A DNA stretch of 64,000 nt from Callorhinchus milii (lineage: Eukaryota). Under the pieces are notes generated by a model. The model saw nothing but the letters and a program-made list of their open reading frames with translations. It did no database searches and was not told the origin of the DNA. Below are positions 50,076 through 64,000 of this stretch, in pieces (the first letter of the stretch is position 1; each line of letters opens with the position of its first letter). A program made the position numbers and the translations under genes. The stretch lies in the NCBI RefSeq assembly GCF_018977255.1, contig NW_024704742.1, forward strand, positions 112,904,001 through 112,968,000, read 5' to 3'.

Positions 50076-50376
50076 AATAATAATAATCCTTGCATTTGAT
50101 ATAGCGCTTTTCACGTCTTCTAGACGTCCCAAAGTGCTTCACAGAATATACTGTAAAATGAATTGACTGTATATTTGTGGGCGAACGCGGCAGCCAATTG
50201 TGCACAGCAATGTCCCACAAACAGTCATGGATTGAAAATGACCAATTTATTATTTTTTTGTTTTGGAGGGATTATTATTAGGCATGTGGAGTTAGGAAAC
50301 TTGACCAAGGTTTCGCCCTGCCTGGAATTGAACCCAGGTCTCTCGCTTGCAAAGCGAGTGCTCTAACCACTGAGCT
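50076..50376 (-). mobile_element. tRNA-Ala SINE, short form (TAGAA loop)
   Basis: Head minus the first ~10 nt through ATT tail. Confidence 0.9.
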
Positions 50377-52014
50377 TGTTGGACATGTTTCATGTTGGAC
50401 AGAAGATTACAGTGTAATGAAGAACTATAATGAAGTTACAATTACTTACATTAAACCACTCTTGTTTACTGATCTATAAATTAGAAGGGTATTAACCTTC
50501 TACACGTTAATATTTCAGTCGATACAGGGGCCAAGATTTGTCAATTTCACTGATAGAGGAGCTGACGATTTTTCCCATTCAATTCTTTAAGTCATTAGTG
50601 TTCACTCCACTTCCAAATTAAGTCCGATTTAAACAGCCCCAATGTTTGATTCCCACCAACACAGCATGAATCTCAAACTTCCATCTCATCTGCCTGATGT
50701 GTGCTTGGAAAACAACAGCAACAATAACAAATTACACTTGTAAAACGCCTTTTATGTTCACCCCTCAACACACACGCACACCCTCAATCTCATTCCATCA
50801 GTGATGTAAAGTAATATAGGCCATTGTTCTGTGCGTATATGAGATGGAAATTCCAATCGCCAATTTCTCAACAGTTATCCAGTCTGCTGTATAAAGTGCT
50901 TTGAGACATCCTCCAAATATGAAAGGTGCTACATAAATGTAAATTGCATTGTAATTACATTGTATTTCAGTGAGATGCTTGGATTGCTTAACTGCCCTGT
51001 TTCACTATGAGAGCAAGGATAAGAGGAATGAGTGCCACTGGAAGAAAAGGTTAGCAATAGGACAAGCACAGTCATGAATTTAAAGTTGCTGTTGAACAGT
51101 TGAGGGATTCACAACCAGAAGAAGAGGGAATTTAAGAGAAATAGCACTGAGAATTGATGGTGGAGAGTATCTGGATTTTTTTCTTGATCATTATTCGGTA
51201 ACCTGACCTATAGCAAAAATCCATAGAGCATTTATTTAAAATAAAAATAACGGCAGAAAAATCCATTGAGTTAACCACGAAGGTTGAGGATACCAGAAGC
51301 AACTCTTAATCATTGGCCCAGGGATGGGCTTAACAGCCAAGATGAAGTGAGAATGACAAGGGAAGATCAGGCAACTATATACAAACTGTAAAAAAGTTAG
51401 AAAATGTGACTTGGGAACAAAAGCAGCCCAGAGTATAACAGATTAAAGGTTAATTGACTGTCTAAAAATGATATTAATCCTGTGACTCTCTGGTACTTCG
51501 GAGTTGGAAATGCATAAGTATAATACGTTTTAATCCTGAAGCATAAACAGTGACATATCAGTCAGACATTTTCAGGATACATCTGGATATAGCCTAATGA
51601 ATACATGGTTCCATCCGACAATCTGGTCCATGAATAAATAATGATACCTCTGTAGTCTCAGCACATGTCAGATGATGTTTCATTACAAACCAGATAGCAG
51701 CCGGAAATGGAATTATTGAAATTATTGTACTAATGTGTACTTACTTAGTGTTAAATATAACACCGAATTGTTCAGTTTTCTTCAGTTCAATGTCTTACAC
51801 TGTTATTAGAATGCTTCACGGTGTTTATTTTGATAGATCACAAACTAGGTTTATCTGGTGACTATGAACATCGTTGCTTACTGTTTGATTTACATCAAAT
51901 TTGCTTAGAATCCGTGTGATAGCATTTTTCCCTCTATAGCTTCAGATTATAAGCATCTATGTACAGTCAGTCCTAGGATTATTTCAATGCAACACATTTC
52001 TTTGCAGGAAAATT

Positions 52015-52335
52015 GAGTCTTGTAGCTCAGTCGTTAGAGCACTCGCCTTGCAAGTGAGACACCTGGGTTCAATTCCAGGCAGGGCGAAACCTTAGGCAAG
52101 TTTCCTTACTCCACACGCCTAATAATAATCCCTCCAAAACAAAACAATAATGAATTGGTCATTTTCGATCCATGACTGTTTGTGGGACACTGTTGTGTGC
52201 AACTGGCTGCCGCGTTTTGGCCAGAAATATACAGTCAATTCACTTTACAGTCTATTCTGTGAAGCGCCTTGAGACGTCGAGAAGACGTGAAAAGCGCTAT
52301 ATCAAATCCAAGGATTATTATTATATTATTATTAT
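52015..52335 (+). mobile_element. tRNA-Ala SINE, short form (GAGAA loop)
   Basis: Full head to tail. Confidence 0.9.
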
Positions 52336-53634
52336 AAAATGCTTCCTCCTAAACTACAGGAACTGTTATTCATATCTGTTCAGTCTCCTCAGATAAAGTT
52401 GTGTTTCCATTTCACCCCCATTCGGTCAGCAAAACATGTTTTAGTCATCTTGACTGTTTGGTTTATTGAAAAACCTAATTAAAGGGCCAAGAGCCACAGT
52501 GAGAAACAGTTAGGTTGAAAAATAAGAGAAAAGATGAGACTGGTTAAGATGTAAAGTTAAATGACACCTAGGTTGGATTTTAAAAGCCTGCAGATTTTAG
52601 GAGAATGAAAAGTCTTGGAAACATAAGGTGTTCATTAGCTTTCAGATCCTAAGACTTGCTCTATGATGTTCACAAGAACTATAAAATAAATTCAGATGAA
52701 TAAAGCCCTTTGGCCCACTTCATCTCATCCTTCCAGAATACCTAATCTACCATCTTGATGCAGTAAATGTGGGCTTTATTTCTGCATGGGAAGTTGTTCA
52801 TTTTAATATTTATCTTTCCCATAATCACAGAAATACAGATTCATGTTAGCTCTGTAACTAACTCCTGAATTAAGATGTATTTCAGTGTGATAGTATCATG
52901 ACTTTAATCCATAATCTGAATTTGGATAAGTACATAAGTGAATTTATCATATATTTTTGCATTGTATTGTACATAAAACATTGCAGCATGGAAACAATCC
53001 ATTCAGCCAAACTGGTGTTTATACTGCAAACAAGATTGTAACCCCACGCCCCCCCCCCCCCCCCTCCACCCTCCAATCCCCTCTCCCATAACCCTCTATT
53101 CCCTTTTCCTTTATGTTAGCATCTGGTTTTCTTCTAAAAAGAATATGTTTTGCTTCATCCACAGTCAACAATAAGTTCCACATTCTCACCACCCTCTGCA
53201 TAAAAAAGAATCCTCCTAAACTTCTGTTTAGATCTTCTACTGACTATTTTATATTTATGCCCCCTTGTTTTGGACTCATGAAGGAGTAGAAATATCCTTT
53301 GTTTAAGTTGATATTCATTTATCTTTGAAAAGGCAAAAAGAAAACCTCCTCGTACACTATAATGAGAATTATAAATCTTGTCCTCGTTGTTCTTTATAGA
53401 CCTTGTTGCACTTATAAAAGGATCAACAGAATACAGAATTGTTGGCTACATGATACAGTAAATCGTTTAATTCTGAGCGAACCATGGGTCTGCTGCTCGT
53501 GAGCTAGCTTATTTGTAGAATTATGGAGAACACTGCATCTGAAGCTGTTCAAATATTATTTATACTACGGTGAAGGCGACCTCTATCTCTCACAAGTGAC
53601 TGTTAGAAGGGGAACAACAACAAAGGCCTTCACA

Positions 53635-54200
53635 TGTCAGCCTGGCTCAGTTGGTAGCACTCTTGCCTTAAGTCAAAAGATTATGAGTTCAAGACACATG
53701 TCAGGTTCTTTGAACTTTCAGGACATTGAACTCACAGTCCATGCTTGCATTCCAACACAATTCTGGTGACATGCTGCATTAAGGTGTCCTTCAGACAAGA
53801 TGTTAAACTGGAATCCTGTCTACTGTAAAGCTGGGCATTAAAGATAGCACCATTTAAAAAAAGAGAGTTTCTTCTGGTGTCTTGGCCACAAACAATTGGT
53901 GCCAGGCTGGCACAGTGGTAGCACTCTAACCTTTAAGTCAGAAGATTGTGGATTCAAGTCTCAAGTAGGGACTTGGAATGACATAGTCTAGGTGACAATC
54001 CAATGGGGTTTGTTCCATTGTCAGGGGTGCCATCCTTTGGATGAGACATTAATCCGAAGCCTGTCGTCTGTTCAGGTGAACATTAAAGAACCCATGCTAC
54101 TATTCGACAAGAGAAGGAAGTTTCTCCCAGTTTCTGGCCAATAATCCCCCAAATAAAACTGGTTACTCACTCCATGGCTGTTATGGGACATTACTGGGTA
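53635..54200 (+). mobile_element. Two tandem old SacSINE1-like Deu-SINE copies (about 53635-53890 and 53900-54200)
   Basis: Two heads (TGTCAGCCTGGCTCAGTTGGTAGCAC; GCTGGCACAGTGGTAGCAC), each followed by a Deu-like body. Confidence 0.7.
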
Positions 54201-54204
54201 CAAT

Positions 54205-55455
54205 AAATTAAACTTGTATAGCATCCTTCACTTCAAAAAATTGACCCAGGGCACTGGACAATCTGGGGTTTTGGACCTAACTGGGAGTTGAGGTCAGGAG
54301 AGGTGGAGGGCAGTGGGGGGTGAGGGGTGAGGGTGGCTGAAGATATGGATGAAGAGGAAGGTCTTTAGATGGGACTTGAAAGAGCCAAGAGAAGGAGTGA
54401 AGTGGAGAGATTGTGGGATAGAGTTCCAAAGTGTGGGGACAAAGATGCTGAATGCCCGACCGACAGTGGTGGGACGGGAGGTGCAGGGGACCTGAAGCAG
54501 GTTGTGGAGCCTGGTGCAGGAGAGGAAACTAGTTGCAGCTGGTGGAGGGAAGAGTTGGGAAGTCCAGTGAGCAGGCAATTGGTGTACTCAAGCCGGGACA
54601 TGATGAAAGCGTGGACAAGGTTCTCGGCAGCCTGCGTTGAGAGGCAGTAGCAGAGTCGGGTAATGTCAGGTAAAGTTGTGGAGTTGGGGAAAGATGGAAT
54701 GGGTCATAAATGGGGGGGTTGAAGGATAGCTAAAGGTAGAACAGGACACTGAGGTTCTGTATTAGCTCAGTAAAGTGTGAACCTCATGAATGGTGATACT
54801 GTCAGTGCCTGAGGTGAGGAGGCATTGAGGTGAGCCAAGCAGGAAGGCCTCTATCTTGCCAACATTCAGCTGGAGGAAATTGGCTCTCATCCAGGACTTG
54901 ATGTCTGACAGACAATTAGCCAGGACAGCAGTGGTGCTGGAGTTGAGTGTGGGGGCGTCGAGATAGAGTTGGGTGTCATCTGCAATCATGTGGAAATTGA
55001 CCCCATGCCTGCGGATGACATCACCGAACGAGTGTGGGTACATATGGAAGAGGAGGGGATCAAGGACAGAGCCCTGAGGGACCCTCCACGTGACAGTGCG
55101 AGGTCTAGAGGAAAAGCTGTGAGTGGACACGAAGTGCAGACGATGGGAAAGGCAAGAATGGAACCAGGCAAGAACAGAAATGTTGAGGTGGAGATGAGAG
55201 GAGAGGCTGTGGAGAAGAAGAGTGGTCGACGGTATCGAAAGGGGCCGAGAGGTCGAGAAGGTTGAGGAGACAGAGAGAGCCCTGGTCACAGGTGAACAGA
55301 ATGTCATTTGTCACCTTGACCTCTGTGCTGTGAGCAGCACAAAACCTAGATTGGAGGGGTTCATGGAGGGAATGATGTGACAGGAAAGAGCGAGGCTGGG
55401 AAGCGACAACTCAACTCAACCTTGGAAAGAAAAGTAAGGTTTAAAATGGGACGGT
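54205..55455 (-). mobile_element. Degenerate L2 (RT to 3' end, internal deletion)
   Basis: NDILFTCDQG..LLDLSAPFDTVDH, VPQGSVLDPLLF, FHMIADDTQLY. Confidence 0.88.
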
Positions 55456-55897
55456 GCTAAACTAGCTTCCACAAATTTCACCCATAAATTACACAGTCAA
55501 ACCACTTTATAGTATAATCCTTTGGAGCTCTGTGAGACGTCTCAATGACGACAACCTGATAAGGCACTATATCAAATGCAAAAATTATTATTATTATTTA
55601 TCAATGCAGTATATGTAAGATTTCCGGGGGAGATATAGTTAAAATATAAAAAGATACAAACAGTAGTTGTTATGAATGGCGGTTTAGCTTGCTCTGCTGC
55701 TGGAGTGTATTACCTGTGCTGGAGTCATATGGAGCAGTTTGATAGTTATGATTTTTAATAAGTTATTCTCGGGTCAACTGAATAGCGTCAGAGTGTTTTT
55801 ATTGCATTGGTTGGTGCTGCAGAATGCTGAGGTGGTTGCTATGGTTACACTCGGACTTCTGTGATGGTGAGAACCACCACATAGCTGTATAGTGGGT

Positions 55898-56208
55898 AGT
55901 CCTGTAGCTCAGTGGTTAGAGCACTCGCTTTGCGAGGTGCAAGTGAGAGACCTGAGTTCAATTCCAGGCAGTTTCCTTACACCACACAGAGCCTAATAAT
56001 AATCCCTCCAAAAACCAAAAACAATAATTAAATTGGTCATTTTCAATCTACGACTGCTTGTGGGACATTGCTGTGCGCAATTGGCTGCCGCGTTCGCCCA
56101 CAAATATACAGTCAATTCACTTTACAGTGTGTTCTGTGAAGCGCTTTGGGACGTCCTCCCGACGTGAAAAGCGTTATATCAAATGCAAGGATTATTATTA
56201 TTATTATT
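55898..56208 (+). mobile_element. Young tRNA-Ala SINE with a rearranged head
   Basis: Small insertion in the anticodon arm and a short deletion after the B box. Confidence 0.88.
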
Positions 56209-56555
56209 TTGAAGCTACAAATGGTTCATATGAAATAGATGTGTTAACGCTGTCGTCCAGTTAACTTGGAACAAATTCAATATTCTACACACGTGAAGCA
56301 TTCTTTGCCCTTGGGCCATTTGTTGCCTTTAATATTGTGAAAGCTTTTGAAACGATAAGTAGAGAAAGATTATTCTCATTGGTTGGTAAAGTTGGTAACA
56401 AGTTCAGGATTATCATTGGAAGAGTTCAGAATTAGAAGAATTTTTAAACAAAAGGATTATTACAACATTGGAATGCTTTACCATGAGTGACTCTTAAAGT
56501 ACCAATGCGGGTGATGGGGGTGGGGGAGGAAGAGCAGGGAACTGAGAAAACAGTT

Positions 56556-58192
56556 TATTAATAATCCTTGCATTTGATACAGCACCTTTCACAGGAAGAT
56601 GTTTCAAACCACTCAGAAGATTTATTGGAATGTATAGTGACTGTGTATTTTGAAGGAAAATGAAGCAGCCAATTTGAGCACAGCAATATCCCACAAACCG
56701 CTATGAAGTGAATGACAATTTTATTTGGAGGGGAGGATTGTTGAGCAGCACCCTGGGAGAAACGCCCTTCTCTTTTCAAATAGTGTCTAGGATCTTTAAT
56801 GGCCAGCAGAACAGGCAAACAAGCCCTCGGTTTAACAACTCATCCAGAGGACAGCATCTCCAGCACTGCAGCACACTCCAGCACTGTATTGGTGTGTCAG
56901 CATAGACTGTTCCTTCAACAACAACAACAACAACAAGATTCCATTTATAAAGCGCCTTTCACGCCAGGAGGACGTCCCAAGGCGCTGCACAGTTGGGTCA
57001 TGACCCGAGCAGGGGGGAAATGGTCAGGGTGAGGGGAGGGAAGGGAGGGAGGGAGGAGGGGGAAGAGAGTCGAGAGGGGAGCTGAAGGCACAGTCAAAGA
57101 GAAAGGTCTTGAAAGGTCTTGAGACCGGTCTTGAAGGAGGAGAGGGAGGAAGCAAGGCAAAGGCACTGGGGGATAGAGTTCCAGAGCCTGGGGGCTGAGA
57201 GGCTGAAGGCCCGACCACCGATGGTAGGGCGATTGGGGCGGGGGACGTGGAGCAGACCGGAGCCGGAGGAACGGAGGGTACGGGCAGGTAGGTAGGGGGA
57301 TAGTAGGTTGGAGAGGTAGGAGGGAGCAAGGCCGTGAATGGCCTTGTAGGTGAGGATGAGCATCTTGAATTCGATCCTCTGGGGGATGGGGAGCCAGTGG
57401 AGGCGAGCGAGGGTGGGAGTGATGTGATCGCGAAGCCTGGTGCGGGACAGTACACGAGCTGCAGAGTTCTGAATGACCTGCAGCTTGTGGAGGGAGGTGC
57501 CGGGAAGGCCGGCGAGGAGAGAGTTCCCATAGTCCAGCCTTGAGGTGATAAAGGCGTGAACCAGGGTTTCAGCAGCGTGAGGGGTAAGGTAGTGCCGTAG
57601 TCTGGCGATGTTCCGGAGGTGATGGAAAGCGGTGCCAGTTGTGGTGCGGACGTGAGGGAGAAAGGACAGCTCAGGGTCGAACAAAACGCCGACGTTCCTG
57701 ACTGGCTTTGAGAGGTGGAGAGTGCAGCCTTGGATGCTGATGGTGTCGGCGCCTGAGGTGCAGAGGCGCTGACGTGAGCCAATCAGGAGGACCTCGGTTT
57801 TTCGCACGTTGAGTTGAAGAAAGTTGTCTCTTGTCCAGGACTCGATGTCAGACAGGCAGCTGTCAGGACATCGGTGGTCGTGGAGTTGAGAGTAGAGGAG
57901 GAAAGGTAGAGTTGGGTGTCATCCGCATACATGTGGAAGTTAACTCCATGTCTGCGGATGATGTCACCAAGGGGGAGCATATAGAGGGTGAAGAGGAGGG
58001 GACCGAGGACAGAGCCCTGAGGGACACCACATGAGACAGTACGGGGGGTGGAGGAGAAGCCATTCGTCGAGACAAAGTGAAGACAGTGAGAAAGGTACGA
58101 CCTAAACCACTCAAGGACAGTGCCTTGAAGGTTGAGGTGTTAAAGTCCTGAGATGGGGACTTGAACCCACAATTTTCCAACTCATAGGCAAG
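56556..58192 (-). mobile_element. Old Deu-SINE split by a young L2 (body 56556-56910, head remnant ~58140-58192)
   Basis: GGGACTTGAACCCACAA (B-box complement) resumes after the L2. Confidence 0.7.
56916..58138 (-). mobile_element. Young L2 LINE, 5'-truncated
   Basis: ORFs 57094..57807 and 57783..57980 (YADD); very similar to 461-1938. Confidence 0.93.
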
Positions 58193-58394
58193 ACTTTACA
58201 GCTTTAGTGGTGGAGTTGGTAGCAGCATAGGCTAAATGCTCTCCTATTTGGCTTCCGTTAGAACCTTCTCACATTAGATGCTGATAGCATTATTATACAT
58301 GGATGGACACTCCACCTCAATAAACTAGTATAGAACCTCTGTATCTTGTTCAATTCTCAATTATCCCTTAAAGTCCAGATCTGTGCCTTGACCT

Positions 58395-59009
58395 GTTCAG
58401 CTTTCTCTCACCTCCGTGACATCCACCACTAACCCTCTCCTCAGGCAGCCCAGACCCTTATCCATACTTTTGTCATTTCCAGGCTTGATTATGCTCTCTG
58501 CTTGTCAGTCTTCCCAACCCTGCCCTTCGCAAGCTGCAGACTGTTCAAACTTCTGCAGCTTGTGTCCTCTCCTGCACCATGCTCTCCCATCCCAACCCTG
58601 CTCTCCATCTCCCAAAGAATTGAGTTCAAGGACCTCATCCTCACTTTTAAATCCCCACTCTACCTCTGTGACCTTCTAAAACCTTATCAACTTATCCTTT
58701 CCCTACGCTCTGCAGGAACTGGCCTGCTTCACATCTCTTGTCCTACCTAAGCCACCATCGGTGGGTAGACTTTTAGCTTTTCTGCCCCATTCTCTGGAAG
58801 TCCATCCCTGAATCCTTTCACGTTGCTCCTTCCCTCGCCTCCTTCAAGGTCCATCTCAAGACCTTCCTCTTTGACTGCGTCTTTAGTCATCTTTACACCC
58901 CTCCCTTCTTGAATCTAACCCCCAGCTTAAGTGCAAACCCTTGACTGTCCAGCACCTTTTGATGTCCTCCCAAAGTGAAAGGTGCTATATTAATGCAATT
59001 TGTTGTTGT
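58395..59009 (+). mobile_element. Older L2 3' fragment
   Basis: SQRIEFKDLILTF..SLRSAGTGLLHI; TTG tail. Confidence 0.8.
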
Positions 59010-59587
59010 AAATTTTATAATTAATTCTGGGGGTACAACACTTTCCATGGCAAATCATTGATTGTCCTCTGTTTATGCAAGGGCTTCATACCTTTTGTTA
59101 CCACCTGGCAAGCTTTGAAATGTAGAAACCGATTCATTTGGTTCCAAATGTCTCAAAGGAAATAAGACAAACTTTAGACCTTTATCCCTGATTGTGTTTT
59201 GTGTGGTGTTTGATGCCAGGACATTCCCCAAACACTAAATGGTTGCCAGATTTCACATTCCATACTCACTGGCAGGTACATAACTTCCAGGATGCATCAA
59301 GTAACTTCAGTTGTATAAGATTTGCTGTTGTGTCATTCAGAAGTCTGGCATGCTTTCAGAAACAATTAGTGTTTTGAGGTTGTCTAAACAGGATGCTGGA
59401 AACAGGTGTGTGTAAGAGGTTTTGCTTTTGGTTCACTGGGAAAACAAAGGGAGGTGAAATCCCCTGCACATTAAATGTGTACATTACACGTGTGACGCCA
59501 TGTCTGGTTTTAGCGCTACCTATGCTTGGTGTGGGTATCCTGCTCAATATTAATGGTAAACATGCAGCATTACTGTTAAATAATAGC

Positions 59588-59898
59588 AATAATAATAATC
59601 CTTGCATTTGATATAGCGCTTTTCACGTCGGGAGGACGTCCCAAAGCGCTTCACAGTACACACTGTAAAGTGAATTGACTGTATATTTGTGGGCGAACGC
59701 GGCAGCCAATTGCGCACAGCAATGTCCCACAGTTGTAGATTGAAAATGACCAATTTATTATTGTTTTTGGTTTTTGGAGGGATTATTATTAGGGGTGTGG
59801 AGTAACGAAACTTGCCCAAGGTTTCGCCCTGCCTGGAATTGAACTCAGGTCTCTCGCTTGCAAAGCGAGTGCTCTAACCACTGAGCTACAGGACTCCA
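59588..59898 (-). mobile_element. Young tRNA-Ala SINE (CTCCC loop)
   Basis: Full head to tail. Confidence 0.92.
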
Positions 59899-60681
59899 CA
59901 ATGTTACACTGATACAAATCATTTGCTTGTAAAATGCTTTAACAGCTTGGATGAGCTGCGAAGTGACCATAAAGAGCATGATGATCTAAATCCAGTTATG
60001 CATTGTGGAAAATAGGTGCATTGTGGATTTTTTGGCTAAGTCATCCCACAGAGGTAACAATGGAATTACTTATTTTGTTCATGGTAATATTCATTAATAA
60101 TGATACAGCCTTTTGTGTGCCTTGCAGGGAATCAGCAATTTATATGTATTTGGGCCAGGTTACAAGAATGAAAAAGTTCATGTTATTGTATAGTGTAGAA
60201 TCATGATATGTATACAGATTCATATAATTTATTTAAAAATATACTCTAAAAATAACTCAGATGCTTGTGAAGATTGAGGAAATGTGTAGATAAACATTCT
60301 AGTTTTACTCTATTAATGTAACATTTAAAAGTGTCCAGCATTTGTTTGATTCTTAAATAATCTTTCATGTTGGAGTTAGCTTTCTGTAGGTTTCTTCAAG
60401 AAACTATAGAAGCTGGGTTCAAACTTTAACAACACCAACAACAACTTGCATTTATATGGAGCCCTTCATCACAGACAGCGTCTCGAAGCGCTTAAATATG
60501 AATGCAACAATTCTCCCAAATCTGCATCCTCTGAAGTGTTACGCTAGTAGAGCAAATCTAGTCCCAGGTGGAACTTTACAGTGGAACCCAAATATGTCTG
60601 GCCTGTGCTAATATCTACAGAAAGTGTAGTACATTGTAAAATTATGATACATGGAATGTACTGTAAAAAATCTTCCCAAGA

Positions 60682-61085
60682 ATTAGAGGGGATCTTATAG
60701 AAGCCTATAAGATCATCAAAGGGTGTGATAGAGTAGATAGTGGGAGATTGTTTCCCCTGGTTGGAGAAACTAAAACCAGGGGTCACAACCTTAAAATCAG
60801 AGGCCAGCCCATTCGCACTGAGTTGAGGAAGAACTTCTTCACTCAAAGGATGGTGAATGTATGGAACTCACTACCCCAAAGGGCTGTTGACGCTCAGTCC
60901 TTGAACATATTCAAGACTGAGATAGATAGATTTCTTATTGCAAAAGGGGTTAAGGGATACGGGGATAAGGCAGGGTTAGGTTATTAGCTGGAGTTAGATT
61001 AGAAGATCAGCCATGATTGAATGGCGGGGCAGGCTCGAAGGGCTGAATGGCCTACTCCTGCTCCTACATATTATGTTATGTTATG
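60682..61085 (+). mobile_element. CR1 3' fragment
   Basis: LFPLVGETKTRGHNLKIRG..FFTQRMVNVWNSLP; (TTATG)n terminus. Confidence 0.9.
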
Positions 61086-62055
61086 TGCTGTATAAATGTA
61101 ACTTCTTGTTGTGATGGTTAACAGTAGTACAAAGTTTAATTAGTTAGAATGCTGCTCTGTTAACCTTCAAAATACACTCACAATAAATCATGTGAAATGC
61201 TTTAAGATAGCTCCTGATGTGAAGGGCACAATAACATACAAATAATTTTCAAAAGATGTCATGGAATCTTTAACATCTACCCAAACATAAAGACAGGACT
61301 TCAGTTTAACATTTCAAACGAAGGGTGGCACCTCCAACAATGCAACACCCCCCAGCACTGCATTGGTATGTGAACTGAGACATGTGTTCAAAGTTCAGCG
61401 TGGGGCGTGAACCCATATCCTTGTGACTGAGAGATGATATGCTGTTTGGATATTGGCCTAAACAAGGCAGCTTCTTTCCCACTCAAAAAAATTCTGTAAC
61501 ACACATTCTCAGATAGGTTATCAGATAAGGTTGACAAATGAAAAACACATCTTACTTGCCTGCAGCAGACACTGTATGTTTCAGAGGCAGATGCTGGCAG
61601 ATAAAGTGGTAACAATAATGAAGGTAACCTTGAAGAACCTGGTTCAGCCGTTAACTCATTTCCCAGTCTTTGGCAATTTATAATGGCAATAAATGTCTAT
61701 GATGGAAATTAATTAGTCCAAACACAGATAAATACAGTTGCAGACAGAAGTAATAAAATGAATAATGCTTCCTTTTTACTCATCCTTTTTATTGTTGTCC
61801 AGCAATTCTTCATTTCACATTCTTAATCTGATATTCAGCACTTCTGATTTCACCTTAATTGTCACTAGGTATGGACTGTACGTACAATATTTTATTTATT
61901 TCTACATTAATGTGCAAGCATGCACTGCCATAGCCTTTTGTGCCAAAAAAAACATTGTAAGGTGCAACAGCTTAGAAATATCTGTTGAATTAATTGATAC
62001 AATATTTTTCCTTGCCGCTTATAAATATATGGTGCTTAGATAGTTTGTTATGTTT

Positions 62056-62122
62056 CAGCGCCTTGGGACGTCCTCCCGACGTGAAAGGCGCTATACAAAT
62101 GTAATCGTTTTGTTGTTGTTGT
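62056..62122 (+). mobile_element. Ultra-short L2 3' terminus
   Basis: CAGCGCCTTGGGACGTCCTCCCGACGTGAAAGGCGCTATACAAATGTAAT..TTG tail. Confidence 0.85.
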
Positions 62123-62734
62123 TACATTATATGAATAGAGCATGTATGTGCAATCAGCATGCAGGGAACAAAGCAAGAAAATACCCATTTTTAGCATTTG
62201 CACGTGTATGCCACTCAGAACTGGTTTTCAATCAGGGTTAAATCTGCTGCCTAGATATTTGCCAATTGCAGAAATGGAACTGTCAGACTTGCTGCAATCG
62301 CTACACAGCATAATGTACATGGTTGTCAACGTGTGCATACATTTCTTTCAGAAATTATGAGATCAAAATTGCCATGGTGCTAAACATAGACCATTTTTTT
62401 TAAAGACTAAACTGTAAACAAGGTAAAGATGTGTTTTGAAACTAACCCTCGCTTCCCACTTTTACTATTATTATTGTTATTAATAATAATTTTTGAAAAA
62501 AAAATATTCAGTCAGCTATGTTTGTGAAGCTCTTTAAGATGTCCCCCTGACATGCATGGTGTTATATAAATGTAAATTGCTTTTATTGTTCTGATTTTTG
62601 TATGGATTAGATGCTACCAAGGTTACTTGATGATCTCAGGAGGATTTCTCTTCTCTTACAATACTTATATGTTTTGTTATATATTATTCCAGAGTCGCAT
62701 GTCCTTTGTCGGATTAGCTGCTGGTAAGGAAGAG

Positions 62735-63120
62735 TTGATCTAGTTTGGCTCAGAACTTTCAATTTTGGTTGAAGGTTCAATGTTCAAGCTCCATGTTGAG
62801 AATTGAGCTTCTGGGCTAAGCTGACAATATAGTGTAGTACTGGAGGAGTGCTACATTGGTGGAGATGATAAAATGAAGATACCATCTGCCTATTTCGAAA
62901 GCCGTGATATAAATCTCATTATATAATAAAAAGAAAATCTAATTTCTGCCTGTGTCCTGATCCAGATTACTTGGTTATTCCCCTCATGGCTGTTTGCGGG
63001 AGCTTGTTGGTGCAATTGGAATCTTCATTTGCCTAGAAAAATAGTCACTGCATTTGACAGTAATTACGCATGAAGCTCTTTGAGATGTTTTGACATAAAA
63101 AGCTATAAAGACACAAGTTC
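62735..63120 (+). mobile_element. Highly diverged Deu-SINE
   Basis: TTGGCTCAG head remnant; GCTGACAATATAGTGTAGTACTGGAGGAGTGCTACATTGG; CTGTTTGCGGGAGCTTG. Confidence 0.6.
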
Positions 63121-63621
63121 TTTTCATAGTTTTGCTGTATTCAGGTTAAATCTAAAAGGACTTGTGCCAAAGCTAGATAGAGAATCTTAAGGGGAAAATT
63201 GTGGTAAGTGATATAACAATGCACCTACAAATAGGTATCAAATTCAAAAGTTAACATTTATGATTTTGACATCAAAGACTACATTTCCCTTCTTCAAAAG
63301 ATTGTATTGACAACCATTACCTTATAGTGAAATTCAATTAAAACTAATTGCAAAACAGATTGCAGTCTATTAACCTAATGCAATTTTCTTCCTTTAGATT
63401 TCAAAATTCTTTGATGCAGTATTTTGCCTTTGACATTTTACAAGCCTCTGAAGTAATCAGGGCTCACCTTGTACTCTGTAATTCCAAGTGTGACTCTGAA
63501 TTTGCTCATTCCTTAAATATGTCTCTTTTGTCCATTGATTTTTATTATGAATATGTTAATCTGAATCTTTTCTTGCTCACTGATCAATGCCTCTTCAGCC
63601 TAAGCGATTGAAGCTCGCGCT

Positions 63622-63940
63622 ATAATAATAATAATAATCCTTGCATGTGATATAGCGCTTTTCACGTCGGGAGGACGTCGCAAAGCGCTTCACAGAACAC
63701 ACCGTAAAGTGAATTGACTGTATATTTGTGGGCGAACGCAGCAGCCAATTGCGCACAGCAATGTCCCACAAACAGTCGTAGATTGAAAATGACCAATTTA
63801 CTATTGCTTTTGGTTTTGGAGGTATTATTATTAGGCGTGTGGAGTAAGGAAACTTGCCAAAGGTTTCGCCCTGCCTGGAATTGAACTCGGATCTCTCGCT
63901 TGCAAAGTGAGTGCTCTAACCACTGAGCTACAGGACTCCA
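63622..63940 (-). mobile_element. Young tRNA-Ala SINE (CTCCC loop)
   Basis: Full head to tail. Confidence 0.92.
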
Positions 63941-64000
63941 CTGTGAATTAGAATCACTACCTGACATCCAAATATATTAATGTCAGCATTGCTTATATTT

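Noticed and set aside
1..64000. CRISPR arrays, operons or prokaryotic defence systems
   Set aside because: Vertebrate-type repeat-rich DNA; no regularly spaced repeat-spacer array or gene-dense region

Overview
This is eukaryotic, non-genic (intronic or intergenic) DNA dominated by retrotransposons. The repeat complement (L2 and CR1 LINEs, tRNA-derived Deu-domain SINEs resembling SacSINE1, Penelope-type hammerhead repeats) points to a cartilaginous fish, possibly a chimaera; that assignment is inference. No intact host gene was recognised, and the long ORFs in the track are LINE ORF2 fragments or their shadow frames. Highlights: (1) two separate ~100-nt insertions (19038-19134, 19434-19537), each with its own target-site duplication (TSD) and consisting mostly of a decayed minimal hammerhead ribozyme; (2) a tripartite chimera of a Deu-SINE, a ZNF628-like C2H2 retrocopy and an L2 3' tail (29357-30426); (3) three apparent stages of SINE evolution in one window, including a 3' stem-loop whose stem co-varies with, and whose loop converges on, the young L2; (4) a 2.1-kb tandem duplication joined by a hybrid SINE (40486-44690), either real or an assembly artefact; (5) an unclassified old repeat with an LF-SINE-like 5' part, an internally deleted L2 and an orphan RT-motif insertion. 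Repeat boundaries were read by eye and are approximate.
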